Source of the DNA: a virus
Lineage: Duplodnaviria > Caudoviricetes
DNA length: 33,524 nt
Reading direction: 5' to 3' (one strand)
IMG/VR virus record: IMGVR_UViG_3300037631_004214
Coordinates: 1 to 33,524 of that record
The notes beneath the pieces were generated by a model that worked only from the letters and a program-made list of their open reading frames with translations, did not search any database and was not told where the DNA came from. Each line of letters starts with the position of its first letter. Within the stretch, counting starts at the first letter, position 1. This document shows, piece by piece, positions 1 to 9,800 of the stretch. A program made the position numbers and the translations under genes.

Positions 1-1
1 A

Positions 2-70
2 GCTAATCTTAAAGAACTAAACAACGAAGCATCAGCAGAAAAGTATAAGAATCTAATAAAGTCTATTTGA
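2..70 (+). CDS. 3' end of an upstream gene (partial)
   Basis: Open frame ANLKELNNEASAEKYKNLIKSI ending in TGA at 68-70, 1 nt before the ATG at 72. Confidence 0.55.
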   Translation, partial: ANLKELNNEASAEKYKNLIKSI

Positions 71-71
71 T

Positions 72-1382
72 ATGAATAACAAGAACACTACATTAGGTTT
101 CGATAAAATATACGTTATAAATCTTAAACGTAGAGAAGATAGAAAAATTAAACTCATAAAAGATAACCCTGAAGTAGACTTTACGTTTATAGAGGCTGTG
201 GACGGTAAAGATATAAATGTAGATGAGCTAATAAAACAAAAAGTAATCAGTACTTCGTTTTTCGACCCAACAGGTATGGTAACTCCGGGTATATTTGCCT
301 GCGCTTTATCACATAAAAAAGCATGGGATCAAGCATTAAAAGATGGAGTTACAAATGCATTATTTTTAGAAGATGATATATTTTTTACAACTGCATTTAT
401 ACAAAATGGCCGGCTAACTGATACATACAGAAAAATACTTAAAGAATTAAATCAACATAATTGGGATATAGTACAATACGGTAAAAAATCACCAACATCT
501 CAGGGCATTGAAATAAGTGAAAATTTTGTAATACCAAGATATAGAACAAATTTTAACGGGGCACATTGTTATGGAGCTACCCGTAATATGATAAAAACCT
601 TATCAGTTGAATGTTTACCTGTATCTTTAGCAGCAGATGTTTATATTGAGAAATTTTATAACACTCATAATATAATTAACTTAAAAACCAGTTTAGTAAG
701 ACAAATCTCTGATATAGCAGATCCACAGAATGCAGATTCAGATACGTACTACAATGAATATAGAGAAACAGGAGGTCAAGTTGGAATTTCTTTTGATGAT
801 AAAGGTAACGTATTAAATAAAGATATAGCTCAATATATTAAGCATCCAAAAGATATAATAGACCAGCATGTTGAAATAGTATTAAAAAAACATAATTTCG
901 GTAAGCAAAAATTTAATAATATAAATTATTTCGGTATAACTGAATTACTAAGGTACTTATCTAATTTTAGTAATGAAAATTCAAAAATGCTCGAAATAAA
1001 TAGTCATACCGGAGAGAGTACTTTCTTTTTTGGCTGTAGCGGATTATTTACGAACATATATACAGTAGACAGCTACACAGGAGAAGATGAATTTAATATT
1101 AAACAAAACATAAGCTGGGAGGATGTAGCCTGTGCTTATAGCAACAATACTAGTCACTTTGATAATATTAGTCACTTTAAAAATGAACTTTCAGAAATAA
1201 TAAATAATTTTAACAATTTATTTTTTATTTATATCAATAACCGAAATAAAGAAGATATTACTCTATTAATCGAATCTTTAAAGCCTTTAATCGGTAAAGA
1301 AGGTTACATAGGAGGACACGGTCCACTTGCGCTAGAGCCTTTTAAAACATTCAGTGATGGTAGTTGGCTAATAAAAATATAA
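72..1382 (+). CDS. GT25-family glycosyltransferase fused to a degenerate class I SAM-methyltransferase-like domain
   Basis: GT25 motifs KIYVINLKRREDR, FIEAVDG, ACALSHKKAW, LFLEDD, GAHCY and ADVY. C-terminal LEINSHTGESTFFF...IYTVDSY...FIYIN...GYIGGH resembles Methyltransf_24. Confidence 0.8.
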   Translation: MNNKNTTLGFDKIYVINLKRREDRKIKLIKDNPEVDFTFIEAVDGKDINVDELIKQKVISTSFFDPTGMVTPGIFACALSHKKAWDQALKDGVTNALFLEDDIFFTTAFIQNGRLTDTYRKILKELNQHNWDIVQYGKKSPTSQGIEISENFVIPRYRTNFNGAHCYGATRNMIKTLSVECLPVSLAADVYIEKFYNTHNIINLKTSLVRQISDIADPQNADSDTYYNEYRETGGQVGISFDDKGNVLNKDIAQYIKHPKDIIDQHVEIVLKKHNFGKQKFNNINYFGITELLRYLSNFSNENSKMLEINSHTGESTFFFGCSGLFTNIYTVDSYTGEDEFNIKQNISWEDVACAYSNNTSHFDNISHFKNELSEIINNFNNLFFIYINNRNKEDITLLIESLKPLIGKEGYIGGHGPLALEPFKTFSDGSWLIKI

Positions 1383-1387
1383 GTTAT

Positions 1388-1419
1388 AGTTGGTTAGCTT
1401 ATTTTTTTTTACTATATTA
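1388..1419 (+). promoter_or_regulatory. Class A promoter AGTTG-N20-TATATTA
   Basis: TTG at 1390-1392 and TATATTA at 1413-1419; one of 7 copies with conserved spacing. Confidence 0.7.
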
Positions 1420-1456
1420 ATATGTATAGGTACAGACATAAATTAAAATATTAGCA

Positions 1457-1463
1457 TATTTAT
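1457..1463 (+). promoter_or_regulatory. Class B (putative late) promoter motif TATTTAT
   Basis: Recurrent intergenic motif, 22 nt upstream of the ATG at 1486. Confidence 0.55.
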
Positions 1464-1485
1464 AATAAAATCAAATTCATTAATT

Positions 1486-1794
1486 ATGACACATACTTGG
1501 AAAATATACGACCTTAAAAGAACAATTGCAGACGGGGTAGTTACCGAAGTTACTTGGGCGTGTGAATCTGAATCAGAAGGATATTCAACAAGACGAGTAG
1601 GAAATTTAGCTATAACTGGAAACACATCTGACGAAGGTTTTATTCCCTTTGAAGACCTTACAGAAGCAAATGTACTTTCATGGGTGGATGCAAACATTGA
1701 TCAAGATGCAATATCAACTCAAAATGCAGATGATATCGCTTCTATAAAAGCAGCTACAGAAGCAATTACTGAAGTAGAGGGGCTACCTTGGTAA
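1486..1794 (+). CDS. Small acidic phage protein of the type often found near tail-fibre genes
   Basis: MTHTWKI...DGVVTEVTW...FIPFEDLTEANVLSWV...GLPW pattern common in aquatic phages. Confidence 0.65.
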   Translation: MTHTWKIYDLKRTIADGVVTEVTWACESESEGYSTRRVGNLAITGNTSDEGFIPFEDLTEANVLSWVDANIDQDAISTQNADDIASIKAATEAITEVEGLPW

Positions 1795-1830
1795 TAGAGT
1801 ACCCAAAAAAGTTACATACAAAATAGTTAT

Positions 1831-2706
1831 ATGAATATTATATTTCAAATAGATGGTGGTTTAGGCAAAAGTATTATGGCAACAGCCATAGTACAAGTAA
1901 TAAGAAAACGCTACAAAAACGCTAACATCATAGTTGTCACTGCATACCCAGATGTCTTTTTAAATAACCCTCACATCAACGAATGCTTTAAACAAGAGCA
2001 ATTAAACGGGGCTTATTTAAAGTATATAAAGGATAAGGATTGTAGAGTTTTTGCAGAAGATCCGTATCGTAATGATTCTTTCATAAGAGAGAAACAACAT
2101 TTACTTGAGACCTGGTGTAGCATTTACGGATTAAAATATAATTCTGAACAGCCTCAGATATACCTTACACAACCTGAAAAAGATTACTACAAACCTTTTT
2201 ATAAAACAGACAAACCTATAATGGTACTTCATACTAACGGAGGACCAGCACAGCAGGCATATAAGTATGCATGGACTAGAGATATACCAGCAATAACAGT
2301 AAATAGTTTAATTCAGCATTATAAAAACGATTACAGTATTGTTCATATAAAAAGACAAGATCAAACAGAATATCCAGATACATTGCATGCATTAGACGGT
2401 TACCGAAGTATAGCTATTCTATTAGAATTATCATCAAAAAGAGTATTAATAGACTCCTTTGCTCAGCATTTAGCTGCTGCAATGAATAAAAAATCTACTA
2501 TTTGCTGGATAGCTACTAAACCAAAAGTATTTGGATATGATATGCACGACAATATTATAGCTAATAAATTTACTAAAGAACCTAATTTTAATAATGCAAT
2601 TTACCAGCCTTTTGGACTTTCAGAAGACATATCATCTATCCCTTATAATGGATTAGAAGAAGTATTTGATATTAATAAAATCGTAAGATCGATAAATAAC
2701 CAATAA
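1831..2706 (+). CDS. GT-B fold glycosyltransferase, GT9 (heptosyltransferase)-like
   Basis: N-terminal IIFQIDGGLGKSIMATAIV...VFLNNPHI and C-terminal LIDSFAQHLAAAMNKKS match GT9-like motifs. Confidence 0.7.
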   Translation: MNIIFQIDGGLGKSIMATAIVQVIRKRYKNANIIVVTAYPDVFLNNPHINECFKQEQLNGAYLKYIKDKDCRVFAEDPYRNDSFIREKQHLLETWCSIYGLKYNSEQPQIYLTQPEKDYYKPFYKTDKPIMVLHTNGGPAQQAYKYAWTRDIPAITVNSLIQHYKNDYSIVHIKRQDQTEYPDTLHALDGYRSIAILLELSSKRVLIDSFAQHLAAAMNKKSTICWIATKPKVFGYDMHDNIIANKFTKEPNFNNAIYQPFGLSEDISSIPYNGLEEVFDINKIVRSINNQ

Positions 2707-2718
2707 TTATTATAGTAG

Positions 2719-2750
2719 AGTTGTATACTATAAAATTTTTTCTTATATTA
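2719..2750 (+). promoter_or_regulatory. Class A promoter AGTTG-N20-TATATTA
   Basis: TTG at 2721-2723 and TATATTA at 2744-2750. Confidence 0.7.
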
Positions 2751-2771
2751 TAAAGATAAACAAATATAAAA

Positions 2772-3074
2772 ATGGCAATACAAAAATTAACTAAAGAAGA
2801 ATTAGATTCAATCACTAACTTACAGAACGACAATGCTTTTGTTAAACAAGAATTTGGTAAGCTATCAATTGATAAAATTAGACTTGAGCAACGAGAATTA
2901 AATTTAAAATCTTTTTTAAATGAAATCGGTAATAGAGAAGTAGAATTAAATAAGTTAATTGTAGAAAAATACGGTCAAGGTACTGTAGATATTACCAAAG
3001 GTGAAATTACTACAGTAGATGAAACAGTTGAAGTAGAAACCCAACCAATAGAAGAAGTAGATGAAGACAATTAA
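2772..3074 (+). CDS. Small coiled-coil hypothetical protein (paralog 1)
   Basis: Helical heptad pattern followed by EKYGQGTVDITKGE; aligns with the next ORF. Confidence 0.75.
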   Translation: MAIQKLTKEELDSITNLQNDNAFVKQEFGKLSIDKIRLEQRELNLKSFLNEIGNREVELNKLIVEKYGQGTVDITKGEITTVDETVEVETQPIEEVDEDN

Positions 3075-3318
3075 ATTAACCGATGAAGAAATTCAAGCGT
3101 TAGAAAAAATTAAAAGTCATAACGAATCAGCTGTCAAAGAGTTTGGGTTGATTAACATAGCTCAAATTAACTTAGATAATAGAAAGCTAAGAGCTGAGAA
3201 GTTTCTCTCTAATGTAAGAGACACGGAAATAGACGTAGCTAAATCGTTAGAAGACAAATATGGTAAGGGTACAGTAAATCTTACCACAGGGGAATTCAAC
3301 GCCACAAATCTTAAGTAA
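3061..3318 (+). CDS. Small coiled-coil hypothetical protein (paralog 2)
   Basis: DKYGKGTVNLTTGEF motif; overlaps paralog 1 by 14 nt. Confidence 0.75.
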   Translation: MKTIKLTDEEIQALEKIKSHNESAVKEFGLINIAQINLDNRKLRAEKFLSNVRDTEIDVAKSLEDKYGKGTVNLTTGEFNATNLK

Positions 3319-3349
3319 TTCGTATAGTCTGTTTTCGGTCTTTCATTCC

Positions 3350-3414
3350 TATTTATTATCGTTAAGAGGAACACTTAATTAAAAGTAAGGTTTCGAATTA
3401 TTAACGATATTTAT
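3350..3414 (+). promoter_or_regulatory. Two TATTTAT motifs (3350-3356, 3408-3414) flanking a long hairpin upstream of the sheath gene
   Basis: Motif recurrence plus inverted repeat TATCGTTAA (3357-3365) / TTAACGATA (3401-3409). Confidence 0.55.
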
Positions 3415-3444
3415 TATAGAACGAATAATCTAATATAAGATACG

Positions 3445-5187
3445 ATGGCAGAATCATTAATCTCACCAGGGGTACTATCACGCGAGCAGGATAGATCTTT
3501 TATTGCACCAGCCCCACTAGAAGCAGGTGCAGCTTTCGTTGGACCAACAGTACTTGGACCAACATTCGAACCTACAGTTGTTACTTCTTACGGAGACTAC
3601 CAAAGAACATTTGGAACAACTTTTTCATCTGGTTCAGAAACATACGAATTTTTAACTTCAATTGCTGTTAAGTCCTATTTCGAGCAAGGAGGTAGTACAG
3701 CTCTAATTACTAGAGTAGTATCTGGTTCTTTCACAGGAGCATCAAACACAACAATTGCAGCAGTAGATGGCGGTGCAGCACCTTTTACACTACAAACTTT
3801 AGGTAAAGGAGAAGTATTCAACAACTCTACTGGAGCAGGAGATGCTGGTGCACAAAACAGTGACGGATCTTTACAGTTAGGTTCTGACGATAACATTAGA
3901 TGGGAAATCCAAAATGTTGATCAAGCAGCAGGTACTTTCTCTTTATTAATTAGAAGAGGTGACGATAACCTTAAATCTAAAACTATATTAGAATCTTTTA
4001 ACGATTTAAGTTTAGATCCAAACAGCGAAGGATATATTGCTAGCGTAATTGGTGATCAATATAAGAGTTTAGGAGATGACGGAGACGGAGCATTCTTAAG
4101 TACTAATGGAAGATATGTAAACAGATCACGTTACATAAGAGTAGCAAGCGTTGATAGAGCAACTATCAATTACTTATCTAACGACGGTATTAATATTAGA
4201 GAAGCATCTTATACAGGTTCTTTACCAGTAGCTAGTTCAGGTTCATTCCACGGAGCTTCAGGTACTAATTACCAGTCTGATGAAGTTAACTTACACTTCG
4301 AAGATATTTCAGCAGCAAATACACAAGGTTTAGTAGCTGAAAATTATGAAGATGCATTTAGCTTATTAACAAACCAAGACGAATATTTATTCAACATTAT
4401 TTCTGCTCCAGGTCTTATCTATAGTTTTGGTGAGCATAAGACTCAATTAGATTCTATGATTTCTCTAGCACAAGATAGAGGAGATGCTATAGCAGTAGTA
4501 GATTTATCACCTTACGGTTCTACAGTAGCTCAAGCAGCAGGACATGCAGCAGTAGTAAATAACTCTTATGCAGCATCTTATTGGCCTTGGGTACAAGTTG
4601 GTAGTTCAACAGGTAAATTAGAATTCGCTCCAGCATCAGTAGTAATACCAGGTGTATATGCTTTCACAGATAGCGCAGCAGCACCTTGGTTTGCACCAGC
4701 AGGTTTAACTAGAGGAGGTATTCCTAACGTTATCCAAGCAGAAAGAAAATTAACAAGAGCTCATAGAGATACTCTTTATGCAGCAAATGTTAACCCAATA
4801 GCTACATTCCCAGGATCTGGTATTTCAGTATTCGGTCAGAAGACATTACAGAAGAAGAAATCAGCTCTTGATCGTGTAAACGTAAGAAGATTATTGATCG
4901 CACTTAAGAAGTTCTTAGGAGATCAAGCTAAGTCATTAGTATTCGAACAAAATACTATTGCAACTAGAAACACTTTCTTAGCAAACGTTAACCCATATTT
5001 ACAATCAGTAGTTGAAAGACAAGGTCTTTATGCATTCCGAGTAATAATGGATGATTCTAACAACACAGCGGACGTTATTGATAGAAACCAATTAGTAGGT
5101 CAAATCTTTATCCAACCAGCTAAAACAGCAGAATTCATTACTTTAGACTTCGTAATCCAACCAACTGGAGCTACATTGGGAGAATAA
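3445..5187 (+). CDS. Contractile tail sheath protein (T4 gp18-like)
   Basis: N-terminal SPGVLSREQD; C-terminal YWPW, PWFAPAGLTRG, NVNPI, FGQKTLQ, DRVNVRRLLI and IQPAKTAEFITLDF. Confidence 0.97.
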   Translation: MAESLISPGVLSREQDRSFIAPAPLEAGAAFVGPTVLGPTFEPTVVTSYGDYQRTFGTTFSSGSETYEFLTSIAVKSYFEQGGSTALITRVVSGSFTGASNTTIAAVDGGAAPFTLQTLGKGEVFNNSTGAGDAGAQNSDGSLQLGSDDNIRWEIQNVDQAAGTFSLLIRRGDDNLKSKTILESFNDLSLDPNSEGYIASVIGDQYKSLGDDGDGAFLSTNGRYVNRSRYIRVASVDRATINYLSNDGINIREASYTGSLPVASSGSFHGASGTNYQSDEVNLHFEDISAANTQGLVAENYEDAFSLLTNQDEYLFNIISAPGLIYSFGEHKTQLDSMISLAQDRGDAIAVVDLSPYGSTVAQAAGHAAVVNNSYAASYWPWVQVGSSTGKLEFAPASVVIPGVYAFTDSAAAPWFAPAGLTRGGIPNVIQAERKLTRAHRDTLYAANVNPIATFPGSGISVFGQKTLQKKKSALDRVNVRRLLIALKKFLGDQAKSLVFEQNTIATRNTFLANVNPYLQSVVERQGLYAFRVIMDDSNNTADVIDRNQLVGQIFIQPAKTAEFITLDFVIQPTGATLGE

Positions 5188-5200
5188 TTTTAAAATAAGA

Positions 5201-5207
5201 TATTTAT
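5201..5207 (+). promoter_or_regulatory. Class B TATTTAT motif upstream of the tail tube gene
   Basis: Recurrent motif, 18 nt before the ATG at 5226. Confidence 0.55.
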
Positions 5208-5225
5208 ATTTAAACAACAAATAAA

Positions 5226-5711
5226 ATGGCAGTATTAGATCCTAACGAAATAATGTTCAGAGCTTTCGAACCGAAAGTACAAAACAGATTTATCATGTAT
5301 ATTGATGCGATCCCATCATTCATGATAAAGAACGTCAAAGCTCCTACTTTTACAGATAACGTAGTAAAGCTTGACCACATCAATTCATACAGAAAAATTA
5401 GAGGTAAGAGAGAATGGGCAGAGATGACTATGACACTTTACGATCCGATTACTCCAAGTGGAGCACAAGCTGTAATGGAATGGGCAAGACTAGGGTACGA
5501 ATCAGTAACCGGTAGAGCAGGATACTCTGACTTCTATAAGAAAGATTTAACACTTAACGTATTAGGACCAGTAGGTGACGTAATCGGAGAGTGGATAATC
5601 AAAGGAGCATTCGTAACAAACGGAGACTTTGGCCAGTATGATTGGTCATCTGACGCAGTTGTTGATTTAGCGATCACAATCAACATGGATTACTGCATCT
5701 TGAATTACTAG
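5226..5711 (+). CDS. Tail tube protein (T4 gp19-like)
   Basis: 161 aa directly after the sheath; FEPKVQNRF, GKREW, AVMEW, YKKDLTL and EWIIKGAF. Confidence 0.92.
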   Translation: MAVLDPNEIMFRAFEPKVQNRFIMYIDAIPSFMIKNVKAPTFTDNVVKLDHINSYRKIRGKREWAEMTMTLYDPITPSGAQAVMEWARLGYESVTGRAGYSDFYKKDLTLNVLGPVGDVIGEWIIKGAFVTNGDFGQYDWSSDAVVDLAITINMDYCILNY

Positions 5712-5734
5712 GATATAATACATTTATTTATAGA

Positions 5735-5762
5735 AGAGCCTGCATTAGCAGGCTTTTTTTTT
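5735..5762 (+). terminator. Rho-independent terminator
   Basis: AGCCTGC-ATTA-GCAGGCT stem-loop followed by a long T run after the tube gene. Confidence 0.85.
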
Positions 5763-5769
5763 GTTTAGA

Positions 5770-5803
5770 AGTTGGTTCCAAAACTATTTCTTCGTATATT
5801 TAT
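5770..5803 (+). promoter_or_regulatory. Composite promoter: class A (AGTTG-N20-TATATTT) overlapping class B (TATTTAT 5797-5803)
   Basis: TTG at 5772-5774 and TATATTTAT at 5795-5803. Confidence 0.65.
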
Positions 5804-5833
5804 ATATAAACTAGTTTACAATTAATAAAATTT

Positions 5834-6574
5834 ATGGAACCAAAATTTAAAATTCCTACCGAAACGGTAGACCTACCATCGAAAGGGCACTACTACCCTG
5901 AAGGACATCCACTTAAAGAAGGTAAAGTCGAAATGAAATATATGACTGCCAAAGAAGAAGATATCCTAACTAACCAGAATTATATAACTAAAGGAACAGT
6001 AATTGATAAATTACTTCAATCTCTTATTGTAACTGATTTTCCTTACAACGATTTATTAATCGGAGATAAAAATGCAATTATGGTTGCAGCACGTATATTA
6101 TCTTACGGTAAAGATTACGATATTGAATATAAAGGAGAAAAGATTACTGTAGATTTATCTGAAATCAAAGAAAAAGAATTTGATGCTAGCATTAAACCTA
6201 ATGAAGCAGGAGAGTTTATTTTTAGTCTTCCTAAAAGTGGTAATGAAGTTACATTTAAGCTTCTTAACCATGGAGATGACAAAAAGATAGACAGAGAGAT
6301 AGAAGGTCTTAAAAAGATTAGCAGAGACAATGAGACAGGGGTTACTACGAGAATGAAACACCTTATTACCTCAGTTAATGGAGATAGAGAGCAATCTACT
6401 ATTAGACAATTTGTTGATCAAGGATTATTAGCGGCTGATGCAAGAGCATTAAGAGAAGAATATGCTAGAGTACAGCCAGATGTTGAATTTAAAGTATACC
6501 ATGTGAACGCAGAAGGTGTTGGGGAGGACATCGACGTTCCGGTTACTATCAACTTTTTTTGGCCTGACGCCTAA
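5834..6574 (+). CDS. Tail assembly chaperone / baseplate hub assembly protein (T4 gp26-like)
   Basis: Lies between tube and tape measure; VDLPSKG, MTAKEEDIL, LLIGDKNAIMVAARILSYG; ends NFFWPDA. Confidence 0.8.
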   Translation: MEPKFKIPTETVDLPSKGHYYPEGHPLKEGKVEMKYMTAKEEDILTNQNYITKGTVIDKLLQSLIVTDFPYNDLLIGDKNAIMVAARILSYGKDYDIEYKGEKITVDLSEIKEKEFDASIKPNEAGEFIFSLPKSGNEVTFKLLNHGDDKKIDREIEGLKKISRDNETGVTTRMKHLITSVNGDREQSTIRQFVDQGLLAADARALREEYARVQPDVEFKVYHVNAEGVGEDIDVPVTINFFWPDA

Positions 6575-6821
6575 GCAAGCTGCTGAGTACAGAAGCGGTT
6601 TATTCCGGCAAATACACGAAATAGTGTTTCATGGTAAAGGCGGCTATGATTGGGGCACCGTGTATAATATGCCGATATGGTTACGTAAGTTTACCTTTAG
6701 TGCAATTAATGAATTCCACAAAGAACAAAACGAAGTAGCAAACACAGGACAGACCTCTAGCAAAGATATTCCTAAAGGTCCAAATATTTCTCCATCGTAT
6801 AGTACAAAGGCTTCTAAATAA
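6554..6821 (+). CDS. Overlapping +1-frame ORF (gp51/gpT-like), probably expressed as a frameshifted extension of the upstream protein
   Basis: TTTTTTTGG slippery site at 6554-6562; IHEIVFHGKGGYDWGTVYNMPIWLRKF resembles gp51-like/TAC C-terminal modules; no in-frame ATG before 6669, only GTG at 6516. Confidence 0.7.
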
Positions 6822-6841
6822 TAGAGGCCTTTACTATTTAT
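6806..6841 (+). promoter_or_regulatory. Hairpin over the stop codon followed by a class B TATTTAT motif upstream of the tape measure gene
   Basis: AAAGGCTTCTA-AATAA-TAGAGGCCTTT (6806-6832); TATTTAT at 6835-6841. Confidence 0.5.
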
Positions 6842-6858
6842 AAAAAAGAAAGCATCAA

Positions 6859-9800
6859 ATGGCAGTTGATCCAAACGAAGGAGCATCAAAACAAAGAGCA
6901 GAAGAGCTAAAACAGGCTAACATAGAAGGGGCAAAGTTTAAAGCCACTATGGAAGGCCTTAATGCTGTGTTCAAAGATTTCAAAAAAACTTCTAGTGATG
7001 CATTAAAACAAGATGCTGACTTACTAGGACAGCTTTCTACTCTATCTAAAGGGTTTGGAAAAGCAGTAAGCCTATCAGATAAGATAAAAGGATTTACTGT
7101 TAATGATTTAAAAAACGCTAAACAACGTAACGCTTTTCAAACAGCCCTCAACTCAGCACAAGGAGATCAAGCTAGAGTAGCAGCTGATATTGCAATGCTT
7201 GAAGACACAATAGCTTCTAAAGTTACTCAATCAAATCAAGCATTAGATTCCGCTAAAGTTCTTCGAGAACAATTAGGTGCTTTAGGACAGAGAATCAATG
7301 ATAGAGATGACTATCAAATCTCCCAACAAGAGAAAATTGAAACCATTAAGAAGAAGATCAATTCATTAGACTTTGAAAAAAATGGACTTGTAGGTAAAGC
7401 AGCAGAAGAAAAAGAAAGGGAAATAGAAGCACTAGTTGAAGAAGAAATCAGGCTAGAAAAAATATTAGAATCTTCTAACAAAATTTTTGAAAAACAAAAA
7501 GCTAAAAGTAATCAACTAGAAGAAGACGCACAAAACTTAGAAACCTTATCTAGTAATTATAAAGATCAAGCAGATTTTTCAACAGAAATACTAAATACTG
7601 CAAAAGAATATAAAAAAGAAATTGAAGGAACTGTTGATGCTGCCGGAGAACTCAACAAAAAAGTAGAAGCTGTAAATCAAGCAGGAAATAGCTTACTTAA
7701 GTCTTTCTCAGAATTCGGTTCTAAAATAGGGGGTATGATACCTGTGTTTGGTGATTTATTTCAAACAGTATTTGGTGAATTAGGACAGGCACAAGGTTTA
7801 TTTGAAACTGCTGTAGCACAGGGTACTAGTAAGGCAGGAGCTAGATATAAAGCATTAACCGGGACTATTAAAGCTCTTACTCTCGCAGCAGCAGCTTCTT
7901 TTGCATCATTAGCATTTCAAGGCGCAAAAACTGCATCTGAAGCATTTAAAATAGTTAAGCAAGGTATAGGAGGAGGTCTTATAGATGCTTCTAAAGCGAT
8001 GAGCTCAGCAAGTGCAGCAGCAGGTGAAATGGGAATACCCCTTTCCGAAGCAGCCGGCTATATAGGTCAAATGAATAGTGCGTTAGGTACTTCATTAGGA
8101 TTTTCCGGCAAGCAAGTAGCTACATTTGGTAAGCTTACTAGGAACATGGGCGTTTCTGGAGAAGCAGCAGCTAAGTTATTTAAGTTCGCTGTTAAGACCG
8201 GAACATCATACGAAGACATGGCGGCAAACGTTGCAGGAACAACGGAAAAGCTTAACGCTATGAACGGTACAGCAGTTGCACCACAAGCTGTATTCGAAGA
8301 GATGGGAAGTGCTTCTCAGACGATTTTACGTAACATGAAAGATAACCCAGATGCTTTAATAAAAGCAGCAGCAGGTGCAAGAGCTATGGGTATGGAAATG
8401 AATAGAATCGCTGATGCAGCAGAATCTACATTAGACTTTGAGAGTTCTATGGCCAAAGAGATGGAAGCTGAGTTAATGCTTGGAAAAGAACTTAATTTAG
8501 ATAAGTTAAGAGCAGCAGCAGCTACCGGTGATCAAGTTACCATGCAAGAAGAAATGAAACGTCTTGTTATGGAAAACAAAGACGCTTTAGAAGGTAACGT
8601 ATTAGCTCAAGGAATGATGGCTGATACTTTAGGTATTAGTAAGGAAGAGCTTAATAAAATGCTTAATACGACAGAAGATCAAGCGAAGATGGCTGAACAA
8701 GATGCTGCTCGTAAAGAAGCTAATGCTAAAAATGAGAAGAAAACAGCAAGAGAATTAGGTGAACAGCAATTAAAAGTATTTAAATCAATAAATTCTTTAT
8801 CAGATAGGATAGCTAAATTTCAAGAAAGTCTTTCGTTAGGTGCATATAAATTCTTCAATCTTATTAGAGATGCTTTTGACCCTAAAGATATTATGGGGTC
8901 ATTAGGTAGAATAAAAGACTTAGTAATAAAGACATTTAAAGATGCGTTTACCGGAGGTGATACAGTATTCAAAAATACGCTAGGTAAAGGAAGTATGTTA
9001 GGTATGTTACTCGGCGCAGCTACAGTAACCGGTGGAGCATTAACAATAGGGTTCAAAGGTCTTTCTGCTATAGGTAGTATTTTTAAGAAAATGAGAGGTA
9101 CTCCTATGATGCCAATGTTTGTAAAAAATATAGGGGATAAAACTGCTGGTATGTTCGGCAAACTTACCTCTATGTTTAAAAAGAAAGAAGGTGGAGCTGC
9201 CGCTGCCGGAGGAGGAGGAATATTAAGCAAGCTTACATCAGTATTTAAGAAGAAAGGTTCTGGAGATTTAGTAAAATCTGCATCATCTCCTTCCGGTTTT
9301 AGAGACAAAATGGGTAAATTTGCAAAAGCACCAGGTAAGTCTGCAGCAGCAGGCGCTGCCGGTGGTGGAGGTGGTTTAGCAGGAGTAGGTAAAAGTATTG
9401 GAGGATTCGCAAAAGGAATAGGAAAAGGATTTGAAGGGCTAATGAAAGGTTTAGCTAACGGTATTAAAGCATTTGGTAATCCAGTTATTTTAAAAGGTGC
9501 TGCTATATTAAGTGGTACTATAGCAATAATTGGTGCAGGTATTGCAGGAGCTTCTTGGTTGATGGGTAAAGCGTTACCATCATTGGCTGAAGGAATGGAA
9601 TCAATTGCAGAATTAGACGGTTCTGCTCTACTAAAAGCAGGAGCTGGAATGGCAGCAGTCGGTGTTGGACTTACCGCTATGGCAGCAGGAACAGCAGCAC
9701 AGGCAGTTGGTGGATTAATGGGAGCTATCGGATCATTCTTTGGCGGTGACGGCATTGATGAAATGCTCAAAAAGGTAGAGAAGTTTGGTAAAGATTACAG

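Noticed and set aside
8820-9770. 316-aa minus-strand ORF
   Set aside because: Antisense shadow of the Gly/Ala-rich tape measure region; Pro/Ala-rich with no motif or promoter.
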